DNA of 64,000 nt from Clostridia bacterium (GTDB lineage: Bacteria > Bacillota > DTU025): NCBI GenBank assembly GCA_034926675.1, contig JAYFQW010000006.1, positions 184,217 to 248,216 on the forward strand. The letters run 5' to 3'. The position numbers and the translations under genes were made by a program. Position 1 is the stretch's first letter; each line of letters begins with the position of its first letter. A model generated the notes under the pieces. That model ran no database searches, had not been told where the DNA came from, and worked only from the letters and a program-made list of their open reading frames with translations. This document shows positions 42,058 to 51,880 of this stretch, piece after piece.

Positions 42058-42831
42058 CTACCACATCCCTTGTGCAGCTCTGACAAATTCGCTGAACAAT
42101 TTCAAAAACTCCGGATGTCTCTCCACGAGGCTCTCCGGATGCCACTGAACCCCGATAACGAAATGGGCCCCGGGCTTCTCGATGGCTTCCACGATTCCAT
42201 CATCCGCCCAGGCCGTAACCTCAAAGCCCGGCGCGACCGGCTGGACCGCCTGGTGATGGAAGCTGTTCACCCACACCACGCCTTCGCCGAGGATCCGCGA
42301 AAGCGCAGATCCGGGTTCCACTGACACCGAGTGCGTGGGATGCCATCTGGGGGCGGAGATGGCGTGTGCATGGGCGCCCTGGCAGGACGACTGGATATCC
42401 TGGATCAGGCCGCCGCCTGCCGCCACATTCAGGACCTGCATCCCACGGCAAATGGCAAGGATGGGAAGCCCAATAGACAGAGCAGCAGACGCGAGCGCGA
42501 TCTCAAACTCATCACGAACAGGACTGATGGACCCAAGCGACGGGTGGGGAGACTGGCCGAAGAGACGCGGATTCAGATCCGCTCCACCTGTTAGAACCAG
42601 ACCGCCTGCGACCTCGCATGTGCGCATCGCCGCCTCCTTTGGATCCGCGCAATCGAGAACCGGCGGAGCGATTAGAGGAAGCCCTCCAGCTCTATGAATC
42701 GCCTTGACGTAATCAGCGCCGAGCATGCATCTTTCCTTAGGCTCTGCCTCGAAATCAGCAGACACGACACAGACTGGCCTCAACTTCGTATCACCTCTGT
42801 GCGCAGTGATCCAGACCCTCTGGCAGTGCAA
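42058..42831 (-). CDS. class-I glutamine amidotransferase-like peptidase C26 (PuuD/gamma-glutamyl hydrolase family)
   Basis: It contains LPILAICRGMQVLNVAAGG (nucleophile Cys) and SFHHQAV..VQWHPE. Confidence 0.85.
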   Translation of the reverse strand: MHCQRVWITAHRGDTKLRPVCVVSADFEAEPKERCMLGADYVKAIHRAGGLPLIAPPVLDCADPKEAAMRTCEVAGGLVLTGGADLNPRLFGQSPHPSLGSISPVRDEFEIALASAALSIGLPILAICRGMQVLNVAAGGGLIQDIQSSCQGAHAHAISAPRWHPTHSVSVEPGSALSRILGEGVVWVNSFHHQAVQPVAPGFEVTAWADDGIVEAIEKPGAHFVIGVQWHPESLVERHPEFLKLFSEFVRAAQGMW

Positions 42832-42866
42832 TGAATAGTGGTTCAGTGCAGCCCGGCACGGCCCGG

Positions 42867-43217
42867 TCAGATCTCGATGAGCCCGAGGCTGATCTCAACT
42901 GCCCTCACAACTCGCTTCATCGTCTCATCATCCAACCTGCATATTCTGTCGCGGAGCCTGGCCTTATCAATAGTGCGTAGCTGCTCCATGAGTATCACTG
43001 AATCGACTGTGAGCGCACCCTCTCCTGCAGGCAGTTCCACATGGGTGGGCAGTTTTGCCCTCTTGATCCGGGAGGTGACCGCAGCAACAATGGTGGTTGG
43101 GCTGTAGTAGTTTCCAATGTCATTCTGGAGTATGAGAACTGGACGTATTCCTCCCTGCTCTGAGCCGATCACAGGGTTGAGGTCCGCATAGAACACATCG
43201 CCACGCTTCACGTCCAA
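42867..43217 (-). CDS. mazF: MazF/EndoA (NdoA)-type mRNA interferase toxin
   Basis: [76 protein letters not shown] is near-colinear with B. subtilis EndoA as I remember it. TTG 43217 lies 5 nt after AGGTGA and 1 nt after the antitoxin stop, and gives M-DVKRGD. ATG 43244 is the alternative start. Confidence 0.9.
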   Translation of the reverse strand: MDVKRGDVFYADLNPVIGSEQGGIRPVLILQNDIGNYYSPTTIVAAVTSRIKRAKLPTHVELPAGEGALTVDSVILMEQLRTIDKARLRDRICRLDDETMKRVVRAVEISLGLIEI

Positions 43218-43218
43218 C

Positions 43219-43491
43219 CTAGTCACCTGCCAGGAACCGCTCATAGCCCGCAAATGCCTCTTCCTCGGCAACCGCGCATTCGCGCGCGGCATCGATGTTA
43301 ACAGACGCCATCCTGAGATATCCGTCTCTCAGCTGCTCGCGGAGCTCCGCTCTGGCGTGCTCTTTCAGGTACATCCGCATCGCCTCGCGCACCACCTCAC
43401 TTCGGTTGCGTCCTTCCTTCCTCACGAACAGGTCAACCTCATCCAAGAGGCCTGATGGAACGCTGACTATGATCTTGCGTAGTTCAGCCAT
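43219..43491 (-). CDS. mazE: RHH (CopG/EndoAI-type) antitoxin
   Basis: [42 protein letters not shown] is a ribbon-helix-helix. The C-terminal acidic tail is followed directly by the toxin gene. The ORF-track start 43575 runs through the promoter. Confidence 0.82.
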   Translation of the reverse strand: MAELRKIIVSVPSGLLDEVDLFVRKEGRNRSEVVREAMRMYLKEHARAELREQLRDGYLRMASVNIDAARECAVAEEEAFAGYERFLAGD

Positions 43492-43545
43492 GGCCCATCC
43501 CCCCGCGCGAGTCATGCTCGATGATATATACTCGTATGTACTCAG

Positions 43546-43575
43546 ATTATATATGCGCGCCATTGTCACTGTCAA
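43546..43575 (-). promoter_or_regulatory. consensus sigma-A promoter in front of mazEF (TTGACA-N18-TATAAT)
   Basis: The minus strand reads tctagTTGACAgtgacaatggcgcgcataTATAATctgag, in the 120-nt gap between the alr stop and the antitoxin ATG. It is followed by TACTC-N5-TACTC / TATATA repeats at 43520-43550. Confidence 0.55.
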
Positions 43576-43611
43576 CTAGAGGAGCTGCTGGCTGCGCCTG
43601 GATGTATTTCC

Positions 43612-44742
43612 TCACTGCTGCTCCTGCTCCCGACCGCCAACGTACACCCTTGGCACGCGCTTGCTAATCCCGCACACTACCTCATATCCGATGCTTCCTG
43701 TCCACCTTGCCAGATCTTCAGCGTAGATCGTATCATCGCCCTGGCAACCCATGAGAATGACCTCGTCGCCGACCTCCACATGAGCGTCAAGGGGCAGCGA
43801 GATCATAATCTGGTCCATGCAGACCTTTCCCACCACATGGCGCCTCTCCCCGTTCAACAGGACCTCGGCCTTGCCGGAGAGAGACCTCGAGTAGCCATCG
43901 GCGTAGCCCACCGGGAGAGTGGCAATGACCTCCGGGCCGCGGGAAACGTAGGCAGCGCCGTAGCTGACAGTGGTGTTCGCAGGCACGGCCTTCACATACG
44001 CCACCCTTGTATGGAAAGACATCGCTTGCGCCCACTCCGGTCCTGGCGGTGTGGCGCCAGTGGGCGAAAGCCCGTACAGCGCAGCGCCCACTCGAACCAT
44101 GTCGAGCGCGGATTCCGGCACGGCCAGAGCGGCAGCGCTGTTGGCGGCATGCCTCAGTGGAATGGAATAGCCCTGAGCCCTCAGGCTCTCCGTGAGGTCG
44201 TGAAACTGCTCAAGCTGCCGGAGAGTCATGGCCTGATTACACTCGGCACACGCAAGATGTGTGAAGATGCCCTCGATGTCGATGCCTGGAAGGCGCGAGG
44301 CCCGGCGCACCAGGCCTGGGATATCGGCTGGCGTAAGCCCTATCCTGCCCATTCCCGTGTCAACCTTGATGTGAACTCTCGCCCTGCGCCCAGAGGCTAC
44401 TGCTGCATCCGACAGGCACTCGGCCGACTCGACGGATGCGACCGTCGCGGTGAGTCCGAACCTGACCAGATCAGGCGCTTGCCAGGGAAAGAACGCACCC
44501 ATGAAGAGAATCGGGGCTGCGATCCCGGCTCTCCGAAGCGCTACTCCCTCTTCAAGCAGTGCCACGCCTAGGAACGACGCGCCCTGTTCCAGGGATATCA
44601 TGGCGACTGGCGCGGCGCCATGCCCGTAGGCGTCCGCCTTAACAACCGCCATGATATGTGTTCCCGATGGAACCGCCGCCTTCACGCGCTTGAGGTTGTT
44701 CGCGATATTCGTGGTGTTAATCTCCACCCACGTGGGCCTCAT
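43612..44742 (-). CDS. alr: alanine racemase
   Basis: It contains AVVKADAYGHGA (PLP lysine) and the C-terminal beta domain ..YGAAY..GYADGY... Confidence 0.95.
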   Translation of the reverse strand: MRPTWVEINTTNIANNLKRVKAAVPSGTHIMAVVKADAYGHGAAPVAMISLEQGASFLGVALLEEGVALRRAGIAAPILFMGAFFPWQAPDLVRFGLTATVASVESAECLSDAAVASGRRARVHIKVDTGMGRIGLTPADIPGLVRRASRLPGIDIEGIFTHLACAECNQAMTLRQLEQFHDLTESLRAQGYSIPLRHAANSAAALAVPESALDMVRVGAALYGLSPTGATPPGPEWAQAMSFHTRVAYVKAVPANTTVSYGAAYVSRGPEVIATLPVGYADGYSRSLSGKAEVLLNGERRHVVGKVCMDQIMISLPLDAHVEVGDEVILMGCQGDDTIYAEDLARWTGSIGYEVVCGISKRVPRVYVGGREQEQQ

Positions 44743-44759
44743 GCCCGGCTGATATGGTC

Positions 44760-46436
44760 CTAGCAGCCTGAGTCACCGCCCTCCGAATCTATGCACGCCA
44801 CCGGCATCATCGACCATAGCTCCGCCGGCGCATCGGCGGCCTGCGAGAGCGCCTGAGGAAGACGGCCTAGGATGTCCCCTGCGATCATTCCATGCTGCCC
44901 AGCCTGGCGCCGTGCGATATCGCCGGCCAGACCGTGAACGTACGTGCCGCATATCCCTGCCAAGAATGGCGTCGACCCCTGTGCTATCAGGCTGCCTATG
45001 ACTCCGGCAAGAACGTCGCCTGATCCTGCAGTGGCCATTCCGGGGTTCCCGGTCGGGTTCACATACACGCGCCCGTCAGATCTGGCTATCACTGTCCTTG
45101 CGCCCTTCAGCGCCACTACTGCACCTGATGCCTCCGCCGCGGCGCGCGCACGTTCGAGCCTGTGCCTGTTTATCTCATCTGCGCTGGCCCCAAGCAAACG
45201 GCCAAGCTCTCCAGGATGGGGAGTGAGAACCACTGGTGATGCAGAGTGCGCGACCACATCTGCCTTCCCCGCCAACACGTTGATCCCGTCTGCGTCGATG
45301 ACCAGAGGGACGGGACAGCGCTCCACGAGAGCATTGAGGACCGCAGCGATGTCATCTGACACAGTAAGCCCCGGACCGGCAACCACAGCCTGGCATTTCC
45401 CGCACTCGTCCAGAATCATGTCAATGGCGGAACTTGAAATTCCACCTGCGGACGTGCCGGGCATCGGCCTCAGCACGACCTCCGGAGCATAGGCGCACGC
45501 CCGACTGGTCACCTCATCAGGTGCAGCGAGATAGGCGATGCCAGCGCCGGCCCGGAGTGCAGACAAGGCCGCCAGAACACCCGCCCCCGGCATTCCTCGG
45601 GACCCCGCCACAACGAGCACTCGCCCGCAATCGCCCTTGTGAGCGTATGGAGTCCGCCGTGGAAGTGCTGAGCTAACATCCTCGGGAGTAGTAAGGCTGA
45701 CCGCTGCCTCAGATTCCCCCAGCAATGGACCTGGCAAGCCTATCCTATCTACGAGAATGCGTCCAACATGCGATGCTCCTGGGAACGTGACCAGGCCGAT
45801 CTTGGGAAGCCCAAATGTCACTGTGGTATGGGCGGTGACACAGCCGTATCGAATTTCCCCTGTTAGAGCGTCCACTCCGGTGGGGACATCCACCGCTACG
45901 GCAGGAACTCCGGAATCGCGTATCAAACCGATCGCCCGCAGCACCACATCTGAGAGGCCTCCGCGCGCCCCGGTCCCGAGGATTGCATCGACCACAACCC
46001 TCGATCTGGCCAGAGAGGCCTCAGCCGCCGACCATGACGCCTCATCGGATAGGGCCACAACATTCGCGTCCATCCTGGTCAGAATGTCAAGGTTGGTTCT
46101 GGCGTCGCCTGATATCCCATCGAGCTCCCCCACTACGTAAATGGCCACATCCGCGCCACTGGCGATGAGGTGTCGTGCAGCCACAAACCCATCTCCGCCG
46201 TTGTTGCCCCTGCCTGAAAACACCGAGACGAAGAGCCTCCCACTTCCGCGGCCTTGCTTGGGGAAACGGCATTCAGAGCCTCCTGGCCGAGCTTCAGCCG
46301 CAACCCGAAGCACGACGCGGGCAACAGCAGCGCCTGCGTTCTCCATCAGTGCAATGCTCTGCATGGCGTACTTCTCTGCGGCCGCCCTGTCGATCTCCTG
46401 CATCTCAGAAGGACAAACCAGCCTCGTTGGAAACAC
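44760..46436 (-). CDS. nnr: bifunctional NAD(P)H-hydrate epimerase / ADP-dependent dehydratase
   Basis: It has the YjeF_N motif GRGNNGGDGFVAARHL and a C-terminal carbohydrate-kinase-like domain (..HKGDCGRVLVVAGS.., GSGDVLAGVIG). Confidence 0.9.
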   Translation of the reverse strand: MFPTRLVCPSEMQEIDRAAAEKYAMQSIALMENAGAAVARVVLRVAAEARPGGSECRFPKQGRGSGRLFVSVFSGRGNNGGDGFVAARHLIASGADVAIYVVGELDGISGDARTNLDILTRMDANVVALSDEASWSAAEASLARSRVVVDAILGTGARGGLSDVVLRAIGLIRDSGVPAVAVDVPTGVDALTGEIRYGCVTAHTTVTFGLPKIGLVTFPGASHVGRILVDRIGLPGPLLGESEAAVSLTTPEDVSSALPRRTPYAHKGDCGRVLVVAGSRGMPGAGVLAALSALRAGAGIAYLAAPDEVTSRACAYAPEVVLRPMPGTSAGGISSSAIDMILDECGKCQAVVAGPGLTVSDDIAAVLNALVERCPVPLVIDADGINVLAGKADVVAHSASPVVLTPHPGELGRLLGASADEINRHRLERARAAAEASGAVVALKGARTVIARSDGRVYVNPTGNPGMATAGSGDVLAGVIGSLIAQGSTPFLAGICGTYVHGLAGDIARRQAGQHGMIAGDILGRLPQALSQAADAPAELWSMMPVACIDSEGGDSGC

Positions 46437-46812
46437 CTCCTAGTGCAACGGCGGATGCGCACGCGTAGTCCCGTGAATGCGAGATGGAGAGCAGGATACG
46501 GGAAACCCCGGCCTTCTCTGCCCATTCTGCAGCAGACCCAAACAGGCGGACCTCCGGAGCGTCCGCCCCGCTGCTGACTACCTCAATATCCGTGAAGGAG
46601 ATGCTCCCCATGCCCCGGCCGATGGCCTTCATCACCGCTTCTTTCGAGGCAAACCTGGATGCAAGGAAATCCGGGCGTCCGGCCCGGGAGTCTCCAAGCT
46701 CGCCGTCGGTGAAAATGCGCGACGCGGCGCCTGCCATACCTTCCCCCGCCATGCGAACGAATCTGTCGATCTCGATGATGTCAATGCCCAGTCCAACCAC
46801 ACCCTCGCCCAC
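46405..46812 (-). CDS. acpS: holo-[acyl-carrier-protein] synthase
   Basis: It contains GLGIDIIEIDRF, FASKEAVMKA and ISHSRDYA. Confidence 0.9.
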   Translation of the reverse strand: MGEGVVGLGIDIIEIDRFVRMAGEGMAGAASRIFTDGELGDSRAGRPDFLASRFASKEAVMKAIGRGMGSISFTDIEVVSSGADAPEVRLFGSAAEWAEKAGVSRILLSISHSRDYACASAVALGGVSNEAGLSF

Positions 46813-46840
46813 ACTGCCCGACCCCCTTGAGCTCCAACTC

Positions 46841-48673
46841 CTACTCCACCGTCACGCATTTTGCAAGGTTGCGTGGCTTATCGACATCTGTGCCACGGGC
46901 GCACGCGGCATAGTAAGCCAGAAGCTGCATGGGAACCACAGTGAGCACAGGTGCAAGGAGCGGATCGGTCCTGGGCACGCGCAGCACCTCATCGGCGAGC
47001 CTGCCGACTCCATCGCATCCATCCATCGAGATGGCAATCACCCTCGCCCCTCTAGCGGCTGCCTCCTGCACATTCGAGAGCATCTTCTCGGCGAGTCGTT
47101 CCTGGGTGCACAGGGCAAAGACGGGAGTCCCACGGCTTACCAGAGCGAGCGGACCATGCTTGAGTTCCCCCGCTGGATATGCCTCTGCATGGATGTAGGA
47201 GACCTCTTTCATCTTCAGCGCGCCTTCCATGGCACTGGCGAAGTCCAGGCCCCTTCCAATAAAGAAGGCGTGATCTGCATGGACCAACTCCTCGGAAAGC
47301 TTCCGCACCCTCTGCTCCACTGAGCCGAGAATCCACTCCACCTTCGAAGGCAACTCGCACATCTCCCGAACAAGGGCTCTAGCACGGTCATCGCCCAGTG
47401 TGCCCCTCTTGGCGCCCAGATCCACTGCTAGGAGGTAAAGCGCGATAAGCTGAGCCGTGTAGGCCTTCGTGGACGCCACGGCGATCTCCGGTCCGGCCCA
47501 GGTGTACACCACACGAGATGCTTCGCGCGCGACTGTCGATCCTACCACATTGGTGATCGCTATCGCGTTCGCGCCCCTGCGGACGGCCTCTCTGAGGCCT
47601 GCCAGGGTATCGGCAGTCTCCCCTGATTGGCTGATGACCACTGCCAAAGCGCCTTCGTCGACTAGCGGGTCGCTGTAGCGGAACTCCGAGGCAAGCTCGC
47701 AGTGGGCAGGCGCCCTCGCAAGCTCCTCAACAGCGCGCATCCCAACCTGACCCGCGTATGAAGCCGTGCCGCAGGCGATGGCGATCACTCTGTCGAGGGA
47801 TCTGGCCAGTGCGGTGTCGAGCCCCGCCTCGGCCAAGTTGACACGGCCCGTGGACTCATCGATCCGGGCCGCAAGAGTATTTCGGATCGCCGTGGGCTGC
47901 TCGTGGATCTCTTTGAGCATAAAATGGGCGTAGCCTCCGCGCTCCGCGGCCTGCGCGTTCCACGTCACATCGAAGACGTCCCTGGTTATCTCATTGCCCT
48001 GCATATCCTGCAGGTGCACTCCATCCGCTCGCACCGACGCCATCTCGCCATCGGCGAGTATGTGCACACGCCGAGTCTGCCCCAGCAAGGCCGGAATGTC
48101 GGATGCCACGAAGTTCTCTCCATGTCCGAGTCCAACCACCAGGGGGGAATCCTTTCGCACAGCCACGATCAGGCCGGGCTCGGCCGCATCCATAACGGCA
48201 AGCGCGTAGGATCCACGCACGTGAGAGACTGCCCTGCGGACCGCCTTCTCAAGGCCCTCGCCAGAGCACTCCTCAATCAGATGTGGCAGAACTTCCGTGT
48301 CAGTCTCTGATCGGAAGACATGGCCCCTGGATATGAGCTGCTCCCTCAGTTCTGCGTGGTTTTCGATTATGCCGTTGTGGACAAGCACGATCCGGCCCGA
48401 ACAGTCGACCTGGGGATGAGCGTTCTCGCAGGATGGCCGGCCATGGGTAGCCCATCGGGTGTGTCCGATTCCCGTACTGCCCGATATCGATGAACGGGAG
48501 ACGATGCCCGCGAGGTTCGAGAGCGCGCCCGCGCTCTTCATCACCGCCATGTCGATGCCGTTCCATACTGCGATCCCTGCTGAATCGTATCCCCGGTATT
48601 CGAGCTTGCCAAGTCCCTCGATAAGTATCGGAGCTGCAGGCCTTCCACCTGCGTACCCCATTATTCCACACAC
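46841..48673 (-). CDS. glmS: glutamine--fructose-6-phosphate aminotransferase
   Basis: It contains CGIMGYAG.., two SIS domains and the C-terminal ..LAKCVTVE. The catalytic Cys must be residue 1 after Met removal. The start is therefore GTG 48673, 10 nt after GGAGG, and not the ORF-track ATG 48679, which would give MPVC. Confidence 0.95.
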   Translation of the reverse strand: MCGIMGYAGGRPAAPILIEGLGKLEYRGYDSAGIAVWNGIDMAVMKSAGALSNLAGIVSRSSISGSTGIGHTRWATHGRPSCENAHPQVDCSGRIVLVHNGIIENHAELREQLISRGHVFRSETDTEVLPHLIEECSGEGLEKAVRRAVSHVRGSYALAVMDAAEPGLIVAVRKDSPLVVGLGHGENFVASDIPALLGQTRRVHILADGEMASVRADGVHLQDMQGNEITRDVFDVTWNAQAAERGGYAHFMLKEIHEQPTAIRNTLAARIDESTGRVNLAEAGLDTALARSLDRVIAIACGTASYAGQVGMRAVEELARAPAHCELASEFRYSDPLVDEGALAVVISQSGETADTLAGLREAVRRGANAIAITNVVGSTVAREASRVVYTWAGPEIAVASTKAYTAQLIALYLLAVDLGAKRGTLGDDRARALVREMCELPSKVEWILGSVEQRVRKLSEELVHADHAFFIGRGLDFASAMEGALKMKEVSYIHAEAYPAGELKHGPLALVSRGTPVFALCTQERLAEKMLSNVQEAAARGARVIAISMDGCDGVGRLADEVLRVPRTDPLLAPVLTVVPMQLLAYYAACARGTDVDKPRNLAKCVTVE

Positions 48674-48724
48674 AGGCATGAACCCTCCTCGTCAACCGGG
48701 GCATGCCAGGTCATGCTGCCCCGC

Positions 48725-50104
48725 CTATGCAAGCTCCTCGCGGATTACGCGGGCCAGCCCCTCCACCAACGCGCGGACCCTCTGCTCATCTGCACCTTCA
48801 CCCATCACGCGCACTAGAGGCTCGGTTCCCGATGGACGCACCATGATCCTTCCGGAGTCGCCCAGGGCCGCTTGGGCCTCCTCTATGGCCGTGCCTATCC
48901 GCGCGGACGAGCCGAATTCGTCCTTCTTCGCCACACCCACGTTCACAAGCACCTGGGGAAGCTTGGTCATCACCCGAGCCAGGGCTGAGAGGGGTTTGCC
49001 GCTCCCGGCCACGAGCCCCGCCACCTCAATTCCAGTGATGAGTCCATCTCCAGTCGTAGTCTTGTCCAGGAGTATTATGTGCCCAGACTGCTCCCCCCCA
49101 AGGACCAGTCCGCGCTTGCGCATCTCCTCCAATACATACCTGTCGCCATTTTTCGCAACCACGAGTTCACATCCTGCGGATCTCAGAGCATGCGTAAGCC
49201 CCAGATTGCTGTACGCGGTGGCCACAACCGCCAACCCGGGGAGCTCTTCCATAGCAACACGGTGCAAGGCGCACATGGCCATTATCTGATCACCGTCTAC
49301 GAGGTTCCCATCAGCGTCGCAGGCGATGACCCTGTCCGCGTCGCCATCATGAGCGAACCCAATGTCAGCTCCGTTTTGCACCACAGCCCGGGCAAGCGCA
49401 TCCGGGTGTGTGGACCCGCAGCTCACATTGATATTCACGCCATCTGGAGAGTCGTGCACGGTCACGACTTCGGCGCCAAGGGCGCGAAACGCCCGGGGGC
49501 TGGTGATGGAGGAGGCGCCATTTGCGCAATCGAGGACCACGCGCAGGCCATCAAGCCTCGCCTTGGCGGTGCCGACGGCGAACCTGACATATCTCTCCAC
49601 TGCGTCTGCGATCTCCCGGGATTCCCCCACACCGCCTCCATCTGGCCTTGCAAGACCATCATCCTCGCTGATACTGGCCTGACCAGGCTGTCCATGGTAC
49701 CCTGCCAGAACCCTTGATTCTATCTCGTCTTCAGTAGCATCAGGCAGTTTGAACCCGTCCGGGCCGAAGAACTTGATGCCGTTATACTCAGCCGGGTTGT
49801 GCGAGGCTGAGATCACAATGCCCGCGTCAGCTTCCATTGAAACGGTGAGATATGCCACCGCTGGAGTCGGCGCCACACCGACGCGGAGCGCGTCCGCGCC
49901 CGCCGAGTTGATGCCGGCCACAACTGCGGCCTCAAGCATTCCCGTGGATCTGCGAGTGTCGCCTCCCACAACGAGGACAGGCCGATGTCGGCCATCGTTG
50001 GGAAGAGAGACAGCGCCTGCCCTTCCCAGCCTATAAGCGAGTTCAGGCGTGAGGCCGCGGTTAGCGACATCCCTCACGCCATCGGTGCCAAACAATGTGC
50101 CCAC
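48725..50104 (-). CDS. glmM: phosphoglucosamine mutase
   Basis: It contains MGTLFGTDGVRD, SASHNPAEYNGIKF (phosphoserine loop) and GEQSGHI. Confidence 0.95.
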   Translation of the reverse strand: MGTLFGTDGVRDVANRGLTPELAYRLGRAGAVSLPNDGRHRPVLVVGGDTRRSTGMLEAAVVAGINSAGADALRVGVAPTPAVAYLTVSMEADAGIVISASHNPAEYNGIKFFGPDGFKLPDATEDEIESRVLAGYHGQPGQASISEDDGLARPDGGGVGESREIADAVERYVRFAVGTAKARLDGLRVVLDCANGASSITSPRAFRALGAEVVTVHDSPDGVNINVSCGSTHPDALARAVVQNGADIGFAHDGDADRVIACDADGNLVDGDQIMAMCALHRVAMEELPGLAVVATAYSNLGLTHALRSAGCELVVAKNGDRYVLEEMRKRGLVLGGEQSGHIILLDKTTTGDGLITGIEVAGLVAGSGKPLSALARVMTKLPQVLVNVGVAKKDEFGSSARIGTAIEEAQAALGDSGRIMVRPSGTEPLVRVMGEGADEQRVRALVEGLARVIREELA

Positions 50105-50175
50105 TATACCAGCCCTCCGACCACAGCATTAGGATGATCGCTCATCCATGCTTGATTCTACCATTCAGAGCATCA

Positions 50176-50925
50176 CTATGGAACAGCGGGTATTGAGGGA
50201 GAAGTCGCAGGCGGCCGGGCAGTGCTCTCACCCTCTCCCGCCCGCTCACTGTCGACCTGCGCTGCAGGAGGAGAAGCCGAGACTGTGACCGTCGCGGGGT
50301 ACGCGGCCAGCCCCGATAAGGCCTGCCCGTGGGAATCGAGGAGGATCACTGTTGCCACAGTTTCCGGAGGTTTCACGACCGCCACTGCTCTCGCTACTCT
50401 TCCGATTGTGCTCTCCGGGCCCTCGACCGTCACCTCCGCCGGCACGGCTGACACAGCGGCGCTCTGTTCCGCGCCCGCTGCCGCAGGCAATCCAGCCTCG
50501 CCGCAAAGCACAGCGGCTTCCACGGGAAACGCGACAGAGACGCGCCGTTCCAGAGTTACAGTAACTCTACTGTCAGACGCACGGACGAGCTCCACCCCGT
50601 TCGGGATCTCGGGTTCCACAGCAATCACATGCTGCCCCGCTTCCTTCCCAGCCAGGTTGATCACTGCCCCGGCCGATTCCGCAGTGGCAGACTCCAGTTC
50701 CTTAGGCCCCCGAAGCCTGAGAGCGACCACTGATGGAGGGGACGTGACGATTAGGCCTTCTGGGACATTCCTCGCCACTACGGTCGCCTGTATTGATATA
50801 TCGAACTTCTGGACCGCTGCCGAACGCTGCTTCTCTCCCATGGCCACCATCCATATGGCTAGAGCCAGAGCCAAGGCCAAGAGCTTGGTCGGAAGGTCTT
50901 TGAGGATTATGGAGGCGGGCTTCAT
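50176..50925 (-). CDS. cdaR: YbbR-domain protein, CdaR-like regulator of diadenylate cyclase
   Basis: It has an N-terminal TM helix (LLALALALAIWMVA) followed by repeated YbbR-like beta modules, and sits between cdaA and glmM. ATG 50925 makes an ATGA overlap with the cdaA stop. The ORF-track start is 50952. Confidence 0.8.
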   Translation of the reverse strand: MKPASIILKDLPTKLLALALALAIWMVAMGEKQRSAAVQKFDISIQATVVARNVPEGLIVTSPPSVVALRLRGPKELESATAESAGAVINLAGKEAGQHVIAVEPEIPNGVELVRASDSRVTVTLERRVSVAFPVEAAVLCGEAGLPAAAGAEQSAAVSAVPAEVTVEGPESTIGRVARAVAVVKPPETVATVILLDSHGQALSGLAAYPATVTVSASPPAAQVDSERAGEGESTARPPATSPSIPAVP

Positions 50926-51770
50926 GGCTTGTGCGCCCCCTTTGGCTTCCAAAACTTGGTCTCCTTATGGTTCACATCAAACACCTCAAATAGCCTCTCC
51001 TGGAGCGCCCCGGGAGCAAGCCCCCGTACAAGCTCACCCTCGCTGGCGATTGAGACGGCGCCTGTCTCTTCCGATACCACCACAGCTACAGCGTCTGTGC
51101 GCTCACTCAGCCCGAGCGCCGCACGGTGCCTTGTTCCGAGTTTCTTGCCATACGCCTGCCGTTCAGAGAGGGGAAGGAGACATGCAGCAGCGACAATTCG
51201 ATTCCCCCTGATTACGACTGCGCCATCGTGCAACGGTGTGTTGGGAGTGAAGATGTTCATGAGAAGCTCCGCCGATACCTGAGCATCAAGGGAGATTCCG
51301 GTATCAAGCAGATCTCCGACGCCCGTTTCCCGCTCCAGGATGATCAGGGCTCCAGTGTACTCTCTCGACATCAGTTCGGCAGCCCTCGACACCTCTGCCA
51401 GCACTCTCCTGCGCTCGTCCGGGCCAAGGACCCGCATGGCGCTGCCGAGCAGACGCCCGCGTCCGAGCCGCTCAAGCCCACGACGCAGCTCCGGCTGGAA
51501 TACGATGGGGACCCCAACTAGGGTCATCGTCGTAACCTGCCGAAGCAACCAGAAAAGGGCGTCGAACCTCAGATACTCGGCCGCCGCGTACGCCGCGACC
51601 AACATCGCCAACCCCTGGATGAGCGACACGGCCTGCGTGCCCTTGAACAGGCGCATGACCTTGTAGATGATGAATGCTACGATGAGAATATCCGCGATCG
51701 TGGTCATGACTTGGACAGGGTTTGCACCAGCGAGAACGGCGAATGATCGGATCATGGCCTCCACTCCCAC
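50922..51770 (-). CDS. cdaA: diadenylate cyclase CdaA (DisA_N/DAC domain, membrane anchored)
   Basis: It has three N-terminal TM helices, then GALIILERETG.., TPLHDGAVVIRGNRIVAAACLLPLS and GTRHRAALGLSERTDAVAVVVSEETG. Confidence 0.93.
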   Translation of the reverse strand: MGVEAMIRSFAVLAGANPVQVMTTIADILIVAFIIYKVMRLFKGTQAVSLIQGLAMLVAAYAAAEYLRFDALFWLLRQVTTMTLVGVPIVFQPELRRGLERLGRGRLLGSAMRVLGPDERRRVLAEVSRAAELMSREYTGALIILERETGVGDLLDTGISLDAQVSAELLMNIFTPNTPLHDGAVVIRGNRIVAAACLLPLSERQAYGKKLGTRHRAALGLSERTDAVAVVVSEETGAVSIASEGELVRGLAPGALQERLFEVFDVNHKETKFWKPKGAHKP

Positions 51771-51824
51771 CCCAGCTCCATAGGGTTATGTGATACACGA
51801 CACTGAGATAATTCGTCCCGCGCG

Positions 51825-51848
51825 GACTTTACCCTTCCTGCGCGGGAC
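51825..51848. other. 9-bp GC hairpin between HAD gene and cdaA
   Basis: The sequence is GTCCCGCGC-N6..-GCGCGGGAC (arms at 51825-51833 and 51840-51848). A T-run (GTGGTTTTGTGG) follows only on the plus strand, i.e. antisense to the flanking genes. Confidence 0.3.
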
Positions 51849-51880
51849 GTGGTTTTGTGGGATATTGAATGGGACAGGGC

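Noticed and set aside
48674-48724. I looked for a glmS ribozyme upstream of glmS.
   Set aside because: The gap is only ~50 nt, which is too short for the ~170-nt ribozyme. This is reported as a finding of absence rather than as a feature.
51825-51848. The minus strand reads GGTAAAGTCCGCGCGGGAC, which echoes the RNase P RNA GGAAAGUCCGGGC motif.
   Set aside because: The whole intergenic gap is only ~110 nt and the rest of the RNase P core is absent. It is just a 9-bp hairpin.
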